From assembly GCA_965203175.1 (NCBI GenBank), contig OZ241867.1, forward strand, positions 1,088,001 to 1,152,000: a stretch of 64,000 bases of DNA, in the 5' to 3' direction. Under the pieces are notes generated by a model that was given only the letters and a program-made list of their open reading frames with translations, did no database searches and had not been told where the DNA came from. Every line of letters begins with the position of its first letter. Position 1 is the first letter of the stretch. Origin of the DNA: Candidatus Latescibacterota bacterium. GTDB taxonomy: Bacteria; Latescibacterota; UBA2968; UBA8231. Positions 39,862 to 47,472 of this stretch are shown here, piece by piece. Both the position numbers and the translations under genes were made by a program.

Positions 39862-40765
39862 TACATGATACCTTAACGCGAACCCCCTGCGAACTGTCTA
39901 GCAGTTTATTCACCTTCTCCGGTGGCTCCATATCTTTGGCATTTTGTCGAAAGGCGAACTCGGCCAAGTAAAAGTCCATATACTTCTTGCTCCAGTGGTG
40001 GAACGTGCCCCGATATCCGCGCCGCAATAATGCCCACATGGATTCAATGCCGTTGACGTGGACATCACCCTCCGCATATCGCTTCCTTGAATGATTGATC
40101 GTCTTATGATCGTAGCTTTCGCTAAGACCATTATAGCCCGAATTTTCGTCCGTGTAAAGGGTTGACCCCTCTTTGGCGTGACGGCGAATAAAGTCATGTA
40201 AGGCTTTCATATTCGCAAAGGAAACGTGCTCATATCTAACCTTGCCGTTACGACCACGCATACCCACAACGGGCATCTTACCCGCTCCACCACGCGCCGT
40301 GGGGTCTTTCTTATCAAAGTGCTTCCACTTCTGCTGGCCACCCATATACACCTCATCAACTTCCACCTCCCCACTTAGCTGTTCCTGCTCTTCGGCATCG
40401 TTTCCAGCGGCAGCACGTAACCGCGTCAACATACGCCATGCCGTCTTTTGCGAAACGTCTATGGTGCGAGCCAGTTGGTAGCTGCTTATCCCCTTGGGCG
40501 AATTGGTCGTGAGCCAAACTGCGGCGTACCACTTCCTAAGCGGAATATTGCTCCCCTCAAATACCGTGCCCTTACGTACCGAGAACGTATAACGACAATC
40601 ACCACAGCGAAACTGGCCATCCGATCTTTTATAGATGCGAGAGGAGTTGCAACGCAAGCATTGAGCGCCGTCCGGCCACCTCACCTTAGCAAAGTGGTCA
40701 ATGCACTTCTGCTCGGTATCAAACTCCCATAATAGGGCGACAAGGCTTTTAGCTTCGATTTTCAT
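39848..40765 (-). CDS. IS1595 family DDE transposase
   Basis: RWPDG-CxxC...CxxC zinc ribbon, HTH (SQKTAW), VEVDE, LYTDE, HVNGIESMW, YLAEFAFR. Confidence 0.95.
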   Translation of the reverse strand: MKIEAKSLVALLWEFDTEQKCIDHFAKVRWPDGAQCLRCNSSRIYKRSDGQFRCGDCRYTFSVRKGTVFEGSNIPLRKWYAAVWLTTNSPKGISSYQLARTIDVSQKTAWRMLTRLRAAAGNDAEEQEQLSGEVEVDEVYMGGQQKWKHFDKKDPTARGGAGKMPVVGMRGRNGKVRYEHVSFANMKALHDFIRRHAKEGSTLYTDENSGYNGLSESYDHKTINHSRKRYAEGDVHVNGIESMWALLRRGYRGTFHHWSKKYMDFYLAEFAFRQNAKDMEPPEKVNKLLDSSQGVRVKVSCNGKE

Positions 40766-40775
40766 AACACCATGT

Positions 40776-40804
40776 AATATAACAATTTACGAGTATTTTG
40801 TCAA
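40776..40804 (-). promoter_or_regulatory. Transposase promoter (near-leaderless transcript)
   Basis: Minus strand TTGACA-17-TATATT, 10 nt before ATG. Confidence 0.6.
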
Positions 40805-40902
40805 GCTGAACACTTGTTCATTTTAGTTATAAGACTTGACAGGGAAAATAGATTAGCTATTGGCCCCAGTAACCTCTTGACGATGTTCAATCGATCTTTA
40901 TA

Positions 40903-41172
40903 ATGGAGCATCAAGACTATACGTGCGCCGTCTGTGGCGAGCGGCTGGAACAGGCAGGGGCCGAGTTAGATCACAAGGTGCCTATTCATCTCGGCGGGTC
41001 TAACCACGTCAGCAACTTCCAAGCGACGCACAGGGCATGCAACAGATCCCGGTCGTATCGGGCGGATTTGATATGGGCGCGGCCAGAGCAGGTGGGTGGC
41101 GACGGAAAGCGGAAGTACTACTGGAGCAAGAAAGACGTGGAGGAACTAGTAACAATACTGGCGCGGGCTTGA
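40903..41172 (+). CDS. HNH endonuclease (cargo)
   Basis: CAVCG...LDHKVP...GGSN...N....HRACN. Confidence 0.8.
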   Translation: MEHQDYTCAVCGERLEQAGAELDHKVPIHLGGSNHVSNFQATHRACNRSRSYRADLIWARPEQVGGDGKRKYYWSKKDVEELVTILARA

Positions 41173-41197
41173 CAGAATTAGCCTGCAACCGTATAAT
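41169..41197 (+). promoter_or_regulatory. Consensus sigma70 promoter
   Basis: TTGACA-17-TATAAT, perfect match. Confidence 0.8.
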
Positions 41198-41290
41198 AAA
41201 ATAGGCTTGGAGTAGCCCCAAGCTACCGCAAGCCTATAGCGCAACTCCTTGTGACACAACAAGTTAGCCAACCGAAAGGAGATGCTTATA
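41195..41290 (-). ncRNA. Candidate cis-antisense sRNA to the leader of the first Cas2-like/membrane operon
   Basis: Minus-strand TTGCGC(41325)-17-TATCCT(41302); two hairpins; ends in hairpin 41201-41237 plus TTTTATT. Confidence 0.5.
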
Positions 41291-41374
41291 CCACACAGGA
41301 TAACGAATTAAACCGATAGGCGCAAGGGCTATTTTTCCGTGTCCGTTAATCGGTTTAAAAAGGGAGAATACGAT

Positions 41375-41644
41375 TTGCTTTACATAGTTATTGATATGGA
41401 AACCGAAAATGGCGAAGGCACCCAGACAAGCCTTTACCATAAAATAAACGAGCTTGGTTATACGAATCGTAAGATGACTAGTTCTACCACTATGGTTTCA
41501 TGCGATCAAACAGCAGAAGAGCTGGCAAACAGTATCGGAATCGGAGAAAATAAAAGCAGTGGAGTTGTAAATGCTGTAGAGAATTATTCTGGTTTTGCAG
41601 AAAAAGACTTCGTGTCGTGGTTTAGAATTCACAAGAATAAATAG
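41375..41644 (+). CDS. Small Cas2/GhoS-like (ferredoxin-like fold) protein, copy 1
   Basis: TTG start after AGGGAG; YIVID...SLYHKI...VS..TAEEL...YSGF....SWF; fold is inferred from residue pattern. Confidence 0.55.
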   Translation: MLYIVIDMETENGEGTQTSLYHKINELGYTNRKMTSSTTMVSCDQTAEELANSIGIGENKSSGVVNAVENYSGFAEKDFVSWFRIHKNK

Positions 41645-41651
41645 AATACTT

Positions 41652-42044
41652 ATGGCTAAATTTGACAGTCTTTACGACGACACTGGAGCATATATTGGAC
41701 CGGAAGGAGACGATCCTTTGACAGACAATATGCAACTTATTCATAATCAACTAGCAAGTCTTAACAATAGGCTAAGTAGTATGGATGGAAGATTAAACGC
41801 TATGGATAATAGACTGACAAGTATAGATAATCGTTTAAATTCTTCAGATACACAGACAAGAGATACGGATCAAAAGATTTTTAGTTTATCAAGAAATGTT
41901 TGGATTTTAATTGGTGGAATAATTCTTCTAGGCTGGATTGCAACTCCATTTTTAAATGCTTATGCGAAACAAATATTCTCTTATGAGTCGCAACAGCAGA
42001 CTGTTTCTACAATTAAAAACATGCCGGAAGAAAAGACCGACTAA
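41652..42044 (+). CDS. Heptad-repeat coiled-coil protein with C-terminal TM helix, copy 1
   Basis: LASLNNR-LSSMDGR-LNAMDNR-LTSIDNR then VWILIGGIILLGWIATPFL. Confidence 0.7.
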   Translation: MAKFDSLYDDTGAYIGPEGDDPLTDNMQLIHNQLASLNNRLSSMDGRLNAMDNRLTSIDNRLNSSDTQTRDTDQKIFSLSRNVWILIGGIILLGWIATPFLNAYAKQIFSYESQQQTVSTIKNMPEEKTD

Positions 42045-42068
42045 ACATCTATATTTCGCGGATATAGC

Positions 42069-42103
42069 AAAGCCCCCGTCACAAGGCGTGACAGGGGCGT
42101 TTT
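42069..42103. terminator. Intrinsic terminator-like hairpin
   Basis: AAAGCCCCCGTCAC-AAGGC-GTGACAGGGGCGTTTT. Confidence 0.65.
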
Positions 42104-42249
42104 AGGTGAGGGAAGGGAAACAGGCTTGATATAGTCCCTCACTGCTCTATATCAAGCCTTGTGGTATGCTTAGGACGTCTTGCTCGTCCATCGGTGCCAC
42201 CTCCTTTCTTTTATGGGATGCTGGAGTCTTGACCTTCAGCATCCCTGCT

Positions 42250-42411
42250 TTAATCATGCTCAGATCGAAACGGAAGGCGTTGATTCTGTCTTGCGACTTG
42301 TTCTTCACAGTCGATCATCGCCTTGCTCAACCTGCGATACGCTTTAGTCGAGAGTCGCTGAGTTTTGCGCGTTGCTCTTCTGTATAGCGAATCAAGTTTT
42401 AGATATCCCAT
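42250..42411 (-). CDS. Putative 53-aa basic protein
   Basis: AAAGGAG SD and TTGCAG-18-TATATT upstream of MGYLKLDSLY. Confidence 0.45.
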   Translation of the reverse strand: MGYLKLDSLYRRATRKTQRLSTKAYRRLSKAMIDCEEQVARQNQRLPFRSEHD

Positions 42412-42474
42412 ATCGTCGTCTCCTTTTACGTATCTAATATACGCCCGATGTCGTCGCACCTGCAAGACTGGGGG

Positions 42475-42584
42475 CGTTTTTGGGGACCATTCTACTTTTC
42501 AGTCTTTTTCCTCTCTCGACATGGTCGTCCTAAGTGCTGTAAAAACAATGACATAATCGCCTGGGCAAATATACCTATTCTCCC
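42475..42584. repeat. Internal diverged copy of the element's right end
   Basis: CGTTTT(T)GGGGACCATTCTAC...CCTGGGCAAATATACCTATTCTCCC matches 43506-43616. Confidence 0.75.
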
Positions 42585-42714
42585 TGCTCCTTCGCCCACC
42601 TAACCCCCTCTTTTCTGGGCCATTTCCCTTTAAATAACGCTATGGAGTTCAACCCTGTCCCTTGAGGCAACCTAATATATAAACCGTTGTTTCTATTACA
42701 TTTATGCAGCAGAC

Positions 42715-42743
42715 TTGACAACAACCTTGCTCTTCCGCATCTT
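42715..42743 (+). promoter_or_regulatory. Candidate sigma70 promoter for second gene pair
   Basis: TTGACA-17-CATCTT. Confidence 0.5.
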
Positions 42744-42778
42744 ATCAGTCCCCAATAATACCTGCAAGGATATATTAG

Positions 42779-43039
42779 ATGGTGTATGCCATATCATGCG
42801 ACGACGTAAGCAGACTAAATAGCCTGTACATACTGCTTAGTCATCGTTATCTTTCTCATTTAGAATCATCTCCAAATATTTTGTTCGTCTCTGCTCCTAA
42901 GACAGCTAAAGAGATTTATGACGAGATCGCTGCAGAGGAGGGAGAAGGAGCGACAATAGTTATTTTAGGCATACAAACATACTATGGGTGGGCTTCTCCC
43001 CAATTATGGGAATGGCTACATGTCCAGCTCAGAGCCTGA
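42779..43039 (+). CDS. Small Cas2/GhoS-like protein, copy 2
   Basis: YAISCD...SLY...FVS..KTAKEIYDEI...YYGW...LWEWL; same pattern as copy 1. Confidence 0.6.
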   Translation: MVYAISCDDVSRLNSLYILLSHRYLSHLESSPNILFVSAPKTAKEIYDEIAAEEGEGATIVILGIQTYYGWASPQLWEWLHVQLRA

Positions 43040-43310
43040 TAGAAATCAATCGGGAAAGCCCGATGATCAGAAAACTAGTCCTCCTGAAATAATAGGGGAT
43101 GTAGGCCCTTGGATATTAAAGAGTTTCAATGATTTAAATGAACGATTTGACTCTATTGACGGCAGACTGGATAGCATCGACAAAAATATAAAGTGGCTTA
43201 ACAGACTCGCGTGGTTCGTTATTGCTTGCGTGGCTATCTTTATTTTTATCTGTTTCATGTTTATTCGACCAGCCATCCCTTTCGTTCTAAAAAAGCTATT
43301 CCCCGGCTAA
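43020..43310 (+). CDS. Coiled-coil protein with C-terminal TM helix, copy 2
   Basis: FNDLNER-FDSIDGR-LDSIDKN then LAWFVIACVAIFIFICFMFI; overlaps upstream stop. Confidence 0.65.
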   Translation: MSSSEPDRNQSGKPDDQKTSPPEIIGDVGPWILKSFNDLNERFDSIDGRLDSIDKNIKWLNRLAWFVIACVAIFIFICFMFIRPAIPFVLKKLFPG

Positions 43311-43616
43311 TTTTTCTTGACGTGGTTCATCTGTAGTGCGATAATAAAAGCAAGAATATATGGCTTTTGAATAATATAAATCTCCTCTATGGAGATTCGA
43401 TGGCCAATATAGTAATTATCATAAAGTTGGCACTATCGCATTTATTCAACGACCCCAACCTAAACGATCACGTCTCCCAAGAGTAATATCCCTCTTTCTC
43501 TTCGTCGTTTTAGGGGACCATTCTACGTCATCTTCTTTTTCTCCCCGAATATCCTCTCTCGTAACTATCTCTCTAACAGTGACTTATCGGCCTGGGCAAG
43601 ATAGTGCCTTATTCCC

Positions 43617-43745
43617 CACCAGATAGCGCGCAACCAACGCAGCATCGCCGTCGGGCAAATCGACTTTACACAGCACTTCGGTGGTAAAATCGCGCAACAT
43701 ATCCGGCATGATGCGCCTAGCGTCTTCGGGCACATAAACAGGCAT
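43617..43745 (-). pseudogene. Ldh_2 family oxidoreductase, 5' part (43 codons)
   Basis: AGGAG SD, MPVYVPED...DAALVARYLV; joins in frame to 38198 once the element and one TSD are removed. Confidence 0.9.
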
Positions 43746-43766
43746 GAAAGCCTCTCCTCTAAGTCG

Positions 43767-44786
43767 TCAGAAATCGTTCCTTACTTTCTCCGGCATCCCC
43801 GAACGGAGCGAATCCCAACACGCTAGTCCTGTGGCGACGACCCTAGCCCCTTCGCGGACGCCGACCCAAGGCTTTGCGCCGTTCAGGACGCAATCTGCCA
43901 TGTGCCGCAGCATGACGATCATCTCGCTGGCGTGACCTCGCTCCGATGAAAACTCGGCAGTGACCTTGCGCGAGGGCAGGTCGCCGGTGGGATCGAGGCT
44001 CTTTGCGCCATTGAGAATGGTGCCACGGGTCCCGTAAACGGCTAGGCTGTTCGTCGGGATATCGTGCGGGTGTACGATGCCGAGAAAGTTCGCAATGCGT
44101 CCGATCTTGCCGGATATAAACTTCACGTTGATGACGAAGTTGTCCTCTTGGGGATAGTTCGGCGCAACGCCACTGCGCAACCCGTAACAGTGGACTTCGT
44201 CGATATCGCCCATGAACCAGCGCAAAAGATCGATTGGGTGGCAGGCACCGCCCAAGATCAGGTCTTGCGGCATCTCAACTCGCCAAGGGGAGTAGTCATA
44301 GACCGGGCGGAGATCGTGAACGTAGTGGGACTCGGCCATGAAGAGCTCGCCGATTTCTCCAGCGTCGCAGGCGCGCTTCGCTTCGATGAAATCATACCTC
44401 CCGCGCAGACTCTGCGTGACGAGCAGCACTTTGCCCGACCGGTCAACAGCTTCCACAACCTGCTCCACTTCTTCCATAGTGTACACCATCGACTTGGTGA
44501 CCATCACGTGCTTGCCCGCGTCGAGCGCGGTCAGGATCTGTTGCGCGTGAAGCGGTCCAGGCGTGTAGATGCCGATGATGTCGAGGTCGCTGCGCGCGAC
44601 CAATTCGTCGAAATCAGATGTCAGAGCGTCGATCCCAAATTCGCAGCCGAGCGCTTCGAGCTTGTCCTGCCGCGCATCGCACAGAGCGGTGACGCGAACC
44701 GGTAAGCTGCTGTTTTCCGGCTGATTGGCACCAAGCAGCGTTCTGCCGTGGCCAAGCCCGGCGACGCCGATGCTGAGTTGACTCAT
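43767..44786 (-). CDS. Gfo/Idh/MocA family oxidoreductase
   Basis: GVAGLGHG, AGKHVMVTK, GACHPID. Confidence 0.88.
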   Translation of the reverse strand: MSQLSIGVAGLGHGRTLLGANQPENSSLPVRVTALCDARQDKLEALGCEFGIDALTSDFDELVARSDLDIIGIYTPGPLHAQQILTALDAGKHVMVTKSMVYTMEEVEQVVEAVDRSGKVLLVTQSLRGRYDFIEAKRACDAGEIGELFMAESHYVHDLRPVYDYSPWRVEMPQDLILGGACHPIDLLRWFMGDIDEVHCYGLRSGVAPNYPQEDNFVINVKFISGKIGRIANFLGIVHPHDIPTNSLAVYGTRGTILNGAKSLDPTGDLPSRKVTAEFSSERGHASEMIVMLRHMADCVLNGAKPWVGVREGARVVATGLACWDSLRSGMPEKVRNDF

Positions 44787-44842
44787 TTTCGTTTCTCTCC
44801 CGGTTAATTTTGCTAGTCGTGTGAGCGCGGGTTGCAATCAGA

Positions 44843-46066
44843 TCACGCGGCCGTCCAACTGGCAATGAAGTCTTCCGTACCGTAGTCCGCGGGCATCTCG
44901 TTAAAGTAGTGCTTCATTGGAACGGCCTGAAAGCCCGGCACAAAGTGTTCCTCGTCCGCTTGCAGCAGATCCTCGAGCGGACTGAAGCGATCCCACAGCA
45001 AGCGCGCCTCATCCGGGGTGAATCGATCGGCAAATTTCGGCCCCCAATTGAGCGTAATGGGGTGCTTCCCCAGAACGCGACGCTGGAGATCCTCGGCGAT
45101 ACCCTGCAGCGGCGGATCCTTGTGCAGCCGAATCGCCAGCGCGGCCTTGCACAGGTAAACAGTTGATAGCATTCTGCCCTTCTCGGCCCGCTCCGGATGG
45201 AGGCCATCCAAAGCGTTCAGATACGCGGCTCCATCTCCTGCGAGAACAGCCTGCAGCGCCGATTCCGTATGCTGCTTCATCTGCTCGCTGCGGTCGTTCC
45301 AGCGCGTGAACGCCGTCTGTGCGTCTGCGGAGATGTGTTCAGCAAACGAAAGGTCGTCTATCGAAGTAAAGGTCGAGAAGCCACCGTGAACGGTTCGCCG
45401 CATCTTGGGGCTGTAATTGCTGCCCCAGTGGAGAATCGGGAGGATATAGACGACGCCGTCACCGGCTTCAAGATGAGTCTGCACGCCAGTGGGCAGCGGG
45501 CGGGGGGGGTCTGCCAACATCACCTCGTTTTCTTCGGGCGTGTTCAGCCGCAGATGACTGCCCGGCACCACCCACAGGACGCTGTCGTCGTAGAGCGGGA
45601 TGTTCCACTGGACGTAGCGCGGGCCTCCTTCGAGGATGTCGTCGATATAGCCCTGGAGCGGCGCAGTGTCGATGGGGTGAAGATCGCGGTGCCACTTCGC
45701 CGGGCCGTGGTCCCGGACGGGATTGCACATCATCATCATCTCTGTGACGGCCCCGTCCGCTATGCCGAGAAGCTCGGTGCTGACTCCGTGGATGTTCTCC
45801 TCGAGCCACACTTCGACCGCCGGCGCGGTCTCCGGGTCGATCTGATTGACGAGCGGCGCCCTTGACAGTTGCAGGCGAGGCTGCGCCCCGGTCTCCCAAA
45901 CGCCCCCAGGCGGATCGCCTGCCGCGCGCTCGGCCTTCCAATTCTCGCGCTGGCGATTGACGAGCGTCTCGTACGCTTGCCGGACCCGTTCGAGTTTGTC
46001 GCGTGGCACGGCTTCCTTGACAATGAGGTAGCCGGTTTCCAGAAATTCGTCGCGGTTGAGTTTCAT
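44843..46066 (-). CDS. PhyH family Fe/2OG oxygenase with C-terminal extension
   Basis: WHRD, LWVVPGSH, ILHWGS. Confidence 0.82.
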   Translation of the reverse strand: MKLNRDEFLETGYLIVKEAVPRDKLERVRQAYETLVNRQRENWKAERAAGDPPGGVWETGAQPRLQLSRAPLVNQIDPETAPAVEVWLEENIHGVSTELLGIADGAVTEMMMMCNPVRDHGPAKWHRDLHPIDTAPLQGYIDDILEGGPRYVQWNIPLYDDSVLWVVPGSHLRLNTPEENEVMLADPPRPLPTGVQTHLEAGDGVVYILPILHWGSNYSPKMRRTVHGGFSTFTSIDDLSFAEHISADAQTAFTRWNDRSEQMKQHTESALQAVLAGDGAAYLNALDGLHPERAEKGRMLSTVYLCKAALAIRLHKDPPLQGIAEDLQRRVLGKHPITLNWGPKFADRFTPDEARLLWDRFSPLEDLLQADEEHFVPGFQAVPMKHYFNEMPADYGTEDFIASWTAA

Positions 46067-46275
46067 GTTGGACTCCAATCAGGGTAAAGGAACGTTAGCC
46101 TAAGTGGACCTGTTACACGCTGCTTATTGAGCGAGTGAGCCATCGGATACGAACTGATATTCTAGTAAAACTGATACAGATGCTCAATTGAGTAAAATGG
46201 CCGCGAGGCGAGCCCGGCCCCGTGTTGGGTTGAATAAGCACTGAAACCCATTACATTTGGAGTGCTGCTGAGGGA

Positions 46276-47289
46276 ATGGCAATGAAAACACGCATACTAG
46301 GTAAGACAGGTCTCAACGTCAGTGAACTCGGACTCGGCTCTGGTTTTATGGCAGGTCAAGGGCAGGATGGTGTGAATCGTTGTGTGGATTATGCGATTGA
46401 CCACGACGTGAACTATTTCGACACAGCCGCAAACTACGGGGACGGCAGGGATGAAACGATGCTGGGAGCCGCCTTGAAAGGAAAACGAGACAAGGTCATC
46501 CTTGCTACCAAAGTGGGATTTACAAACCGTGAGCGCTACCGCTTAGAGGGTCATCGCAGCGCCGACCAGCTCATGGAGCAATTCGAGAATTCCCTCAAGC
46601 GACTTCAGACCGATTACGTGGACATCATTCAGATTCACGAAGCGGACTACATGAAATGGTGGACTGACGATATCCCCGAAAATGAAGATGCGGGGGATTG
46701 GAGTGCACTCATTGAGGATGACACAGACTACGACTTCTCCAATGCGCCGGCGGTCAAATTCCTCGTAGATGCGAAGCGTAGCGGCAAGGCACGTTTTATC
46801 GGATTGACGGCCAAGAATGCACGCGTGTTGGCGCGAATCCTGAAAGTGCTCAAGGTTGATTCTGTCATGACAGCGCATCAGTTCAATCCGGTTTTCAGAA
46901 ACGCTGTTGAATTCCTGTTCCCGACTGCTCAAGACCTACAGGTAGGCGTTGTGATCGGTGCACCATTGATGAAAGGTTGGCTTGCCGTTCCCCAAAACGC
47001 ATGGCGGGAGAGTCCTCCCGATTGGATGGACGAGATTTTCAAGGCGTCCTATTTCAGGTTCCTTGATATTCATGCGGACGCTGATATTCCCATGGCAGAA
47101 CTCTGTATCCGCTGGATGCTTTCCGAGCAAAAGCAACAGTCCATCGTTGTTGGTTTCAGTAATCTCCAAGAAGTCGAATTCAATATGTCTGCTGCGCTTC
47201 GTGGAGTACTCCCGGACGATCTCAACGCTGCGATAGAGGAGGTTGGGATTGTTCATCCTCTCATCTATCAAGGGCGGACGCGGATCTGA
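46276..47289 (+). CDS. Aldo/keto reductase
   Basis: LGKTGL, FDTAANYG, ATKVG, SLKRLQTDYVD. Confidence 0.92.
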   Translation: MAMKTRILGKTGLNVSELGLGSGFMAGQGQDGVNRCVDYAIDHDVNYFDTAANYGDGRDETMLGAALKGKRDKVILATKVGFTNRERYRLEGHRSADQLMEQFENSLKRLQTDYVDIIQIHEADYMKWWTDDIPENEDAGDWSALIEDDTDYDFSNAPAVKFLVDAKRSGKARFIGLTAKNARVLARILKVLKVDSVMTAHQFNPVFRNAVEFLFPTAQDLQVGVVIGAPLMKGWLAVPQNAWRESPPDWMDEIFKASYFRFLDIHADADIPMAELCIRWMLSEQKQQSIVVGFSNLQEVEFNMSAALRGVLPDDLNAAIEEVGIVHPLIYQGRTRI

Positions 47290-47472
47290 AGTCTCCAACT
47301 GTCACGAAGGGGCTGGGGTTGTAATCGCCAATCATCGCTTCAGCCTCCCCGCAGGGCCGACGTATTGATTGACCCCCTGTGGAACGTGCATCATATTCGT
47401 TTGAGAAGTTAATCGTACTCGTGCGTCCAATACGCCGAGGGCGCGACGATACATCAAACAGGAATCCAACCC

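Larger units (their letters stand above)
38207..43616. mobile_element. IS1595-family cargo-carrying insertion element, 5,410 bp
   Basis: Terminal IRs GGGAATAATATACTATTTTGCCC and (revcomp) GGGAATAAGGCACTATCTTGCCC, 19/23; flanked by CACCAGAT at 38199-38206 and 43617-43624; internal transposase; AT-rich. Confidence 0.93.

Noticed and set aside
40903-41172. HNH as IscB/Cas9-like RNA-guided nuclease
   Set aside because: Only 89 aa, with no RuvC motifs, bridge helix or PLMP N-terminus
41282-41311. Leader peptide MLIPHRITN
   Set aside because: The SD directly abuts the ATG, so spacing is too short for confident translation
41740-41850. DNA tandem repeat or array
   Set aside because: The 21-bp periodicity is explained by protein heptad repeats
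41375-43039. CRISPR-Cas locus implied by Cas2-like genes
   Set aside because: No cas1 or other cas genes, and no repeat-spacer array seen anywhere in the window
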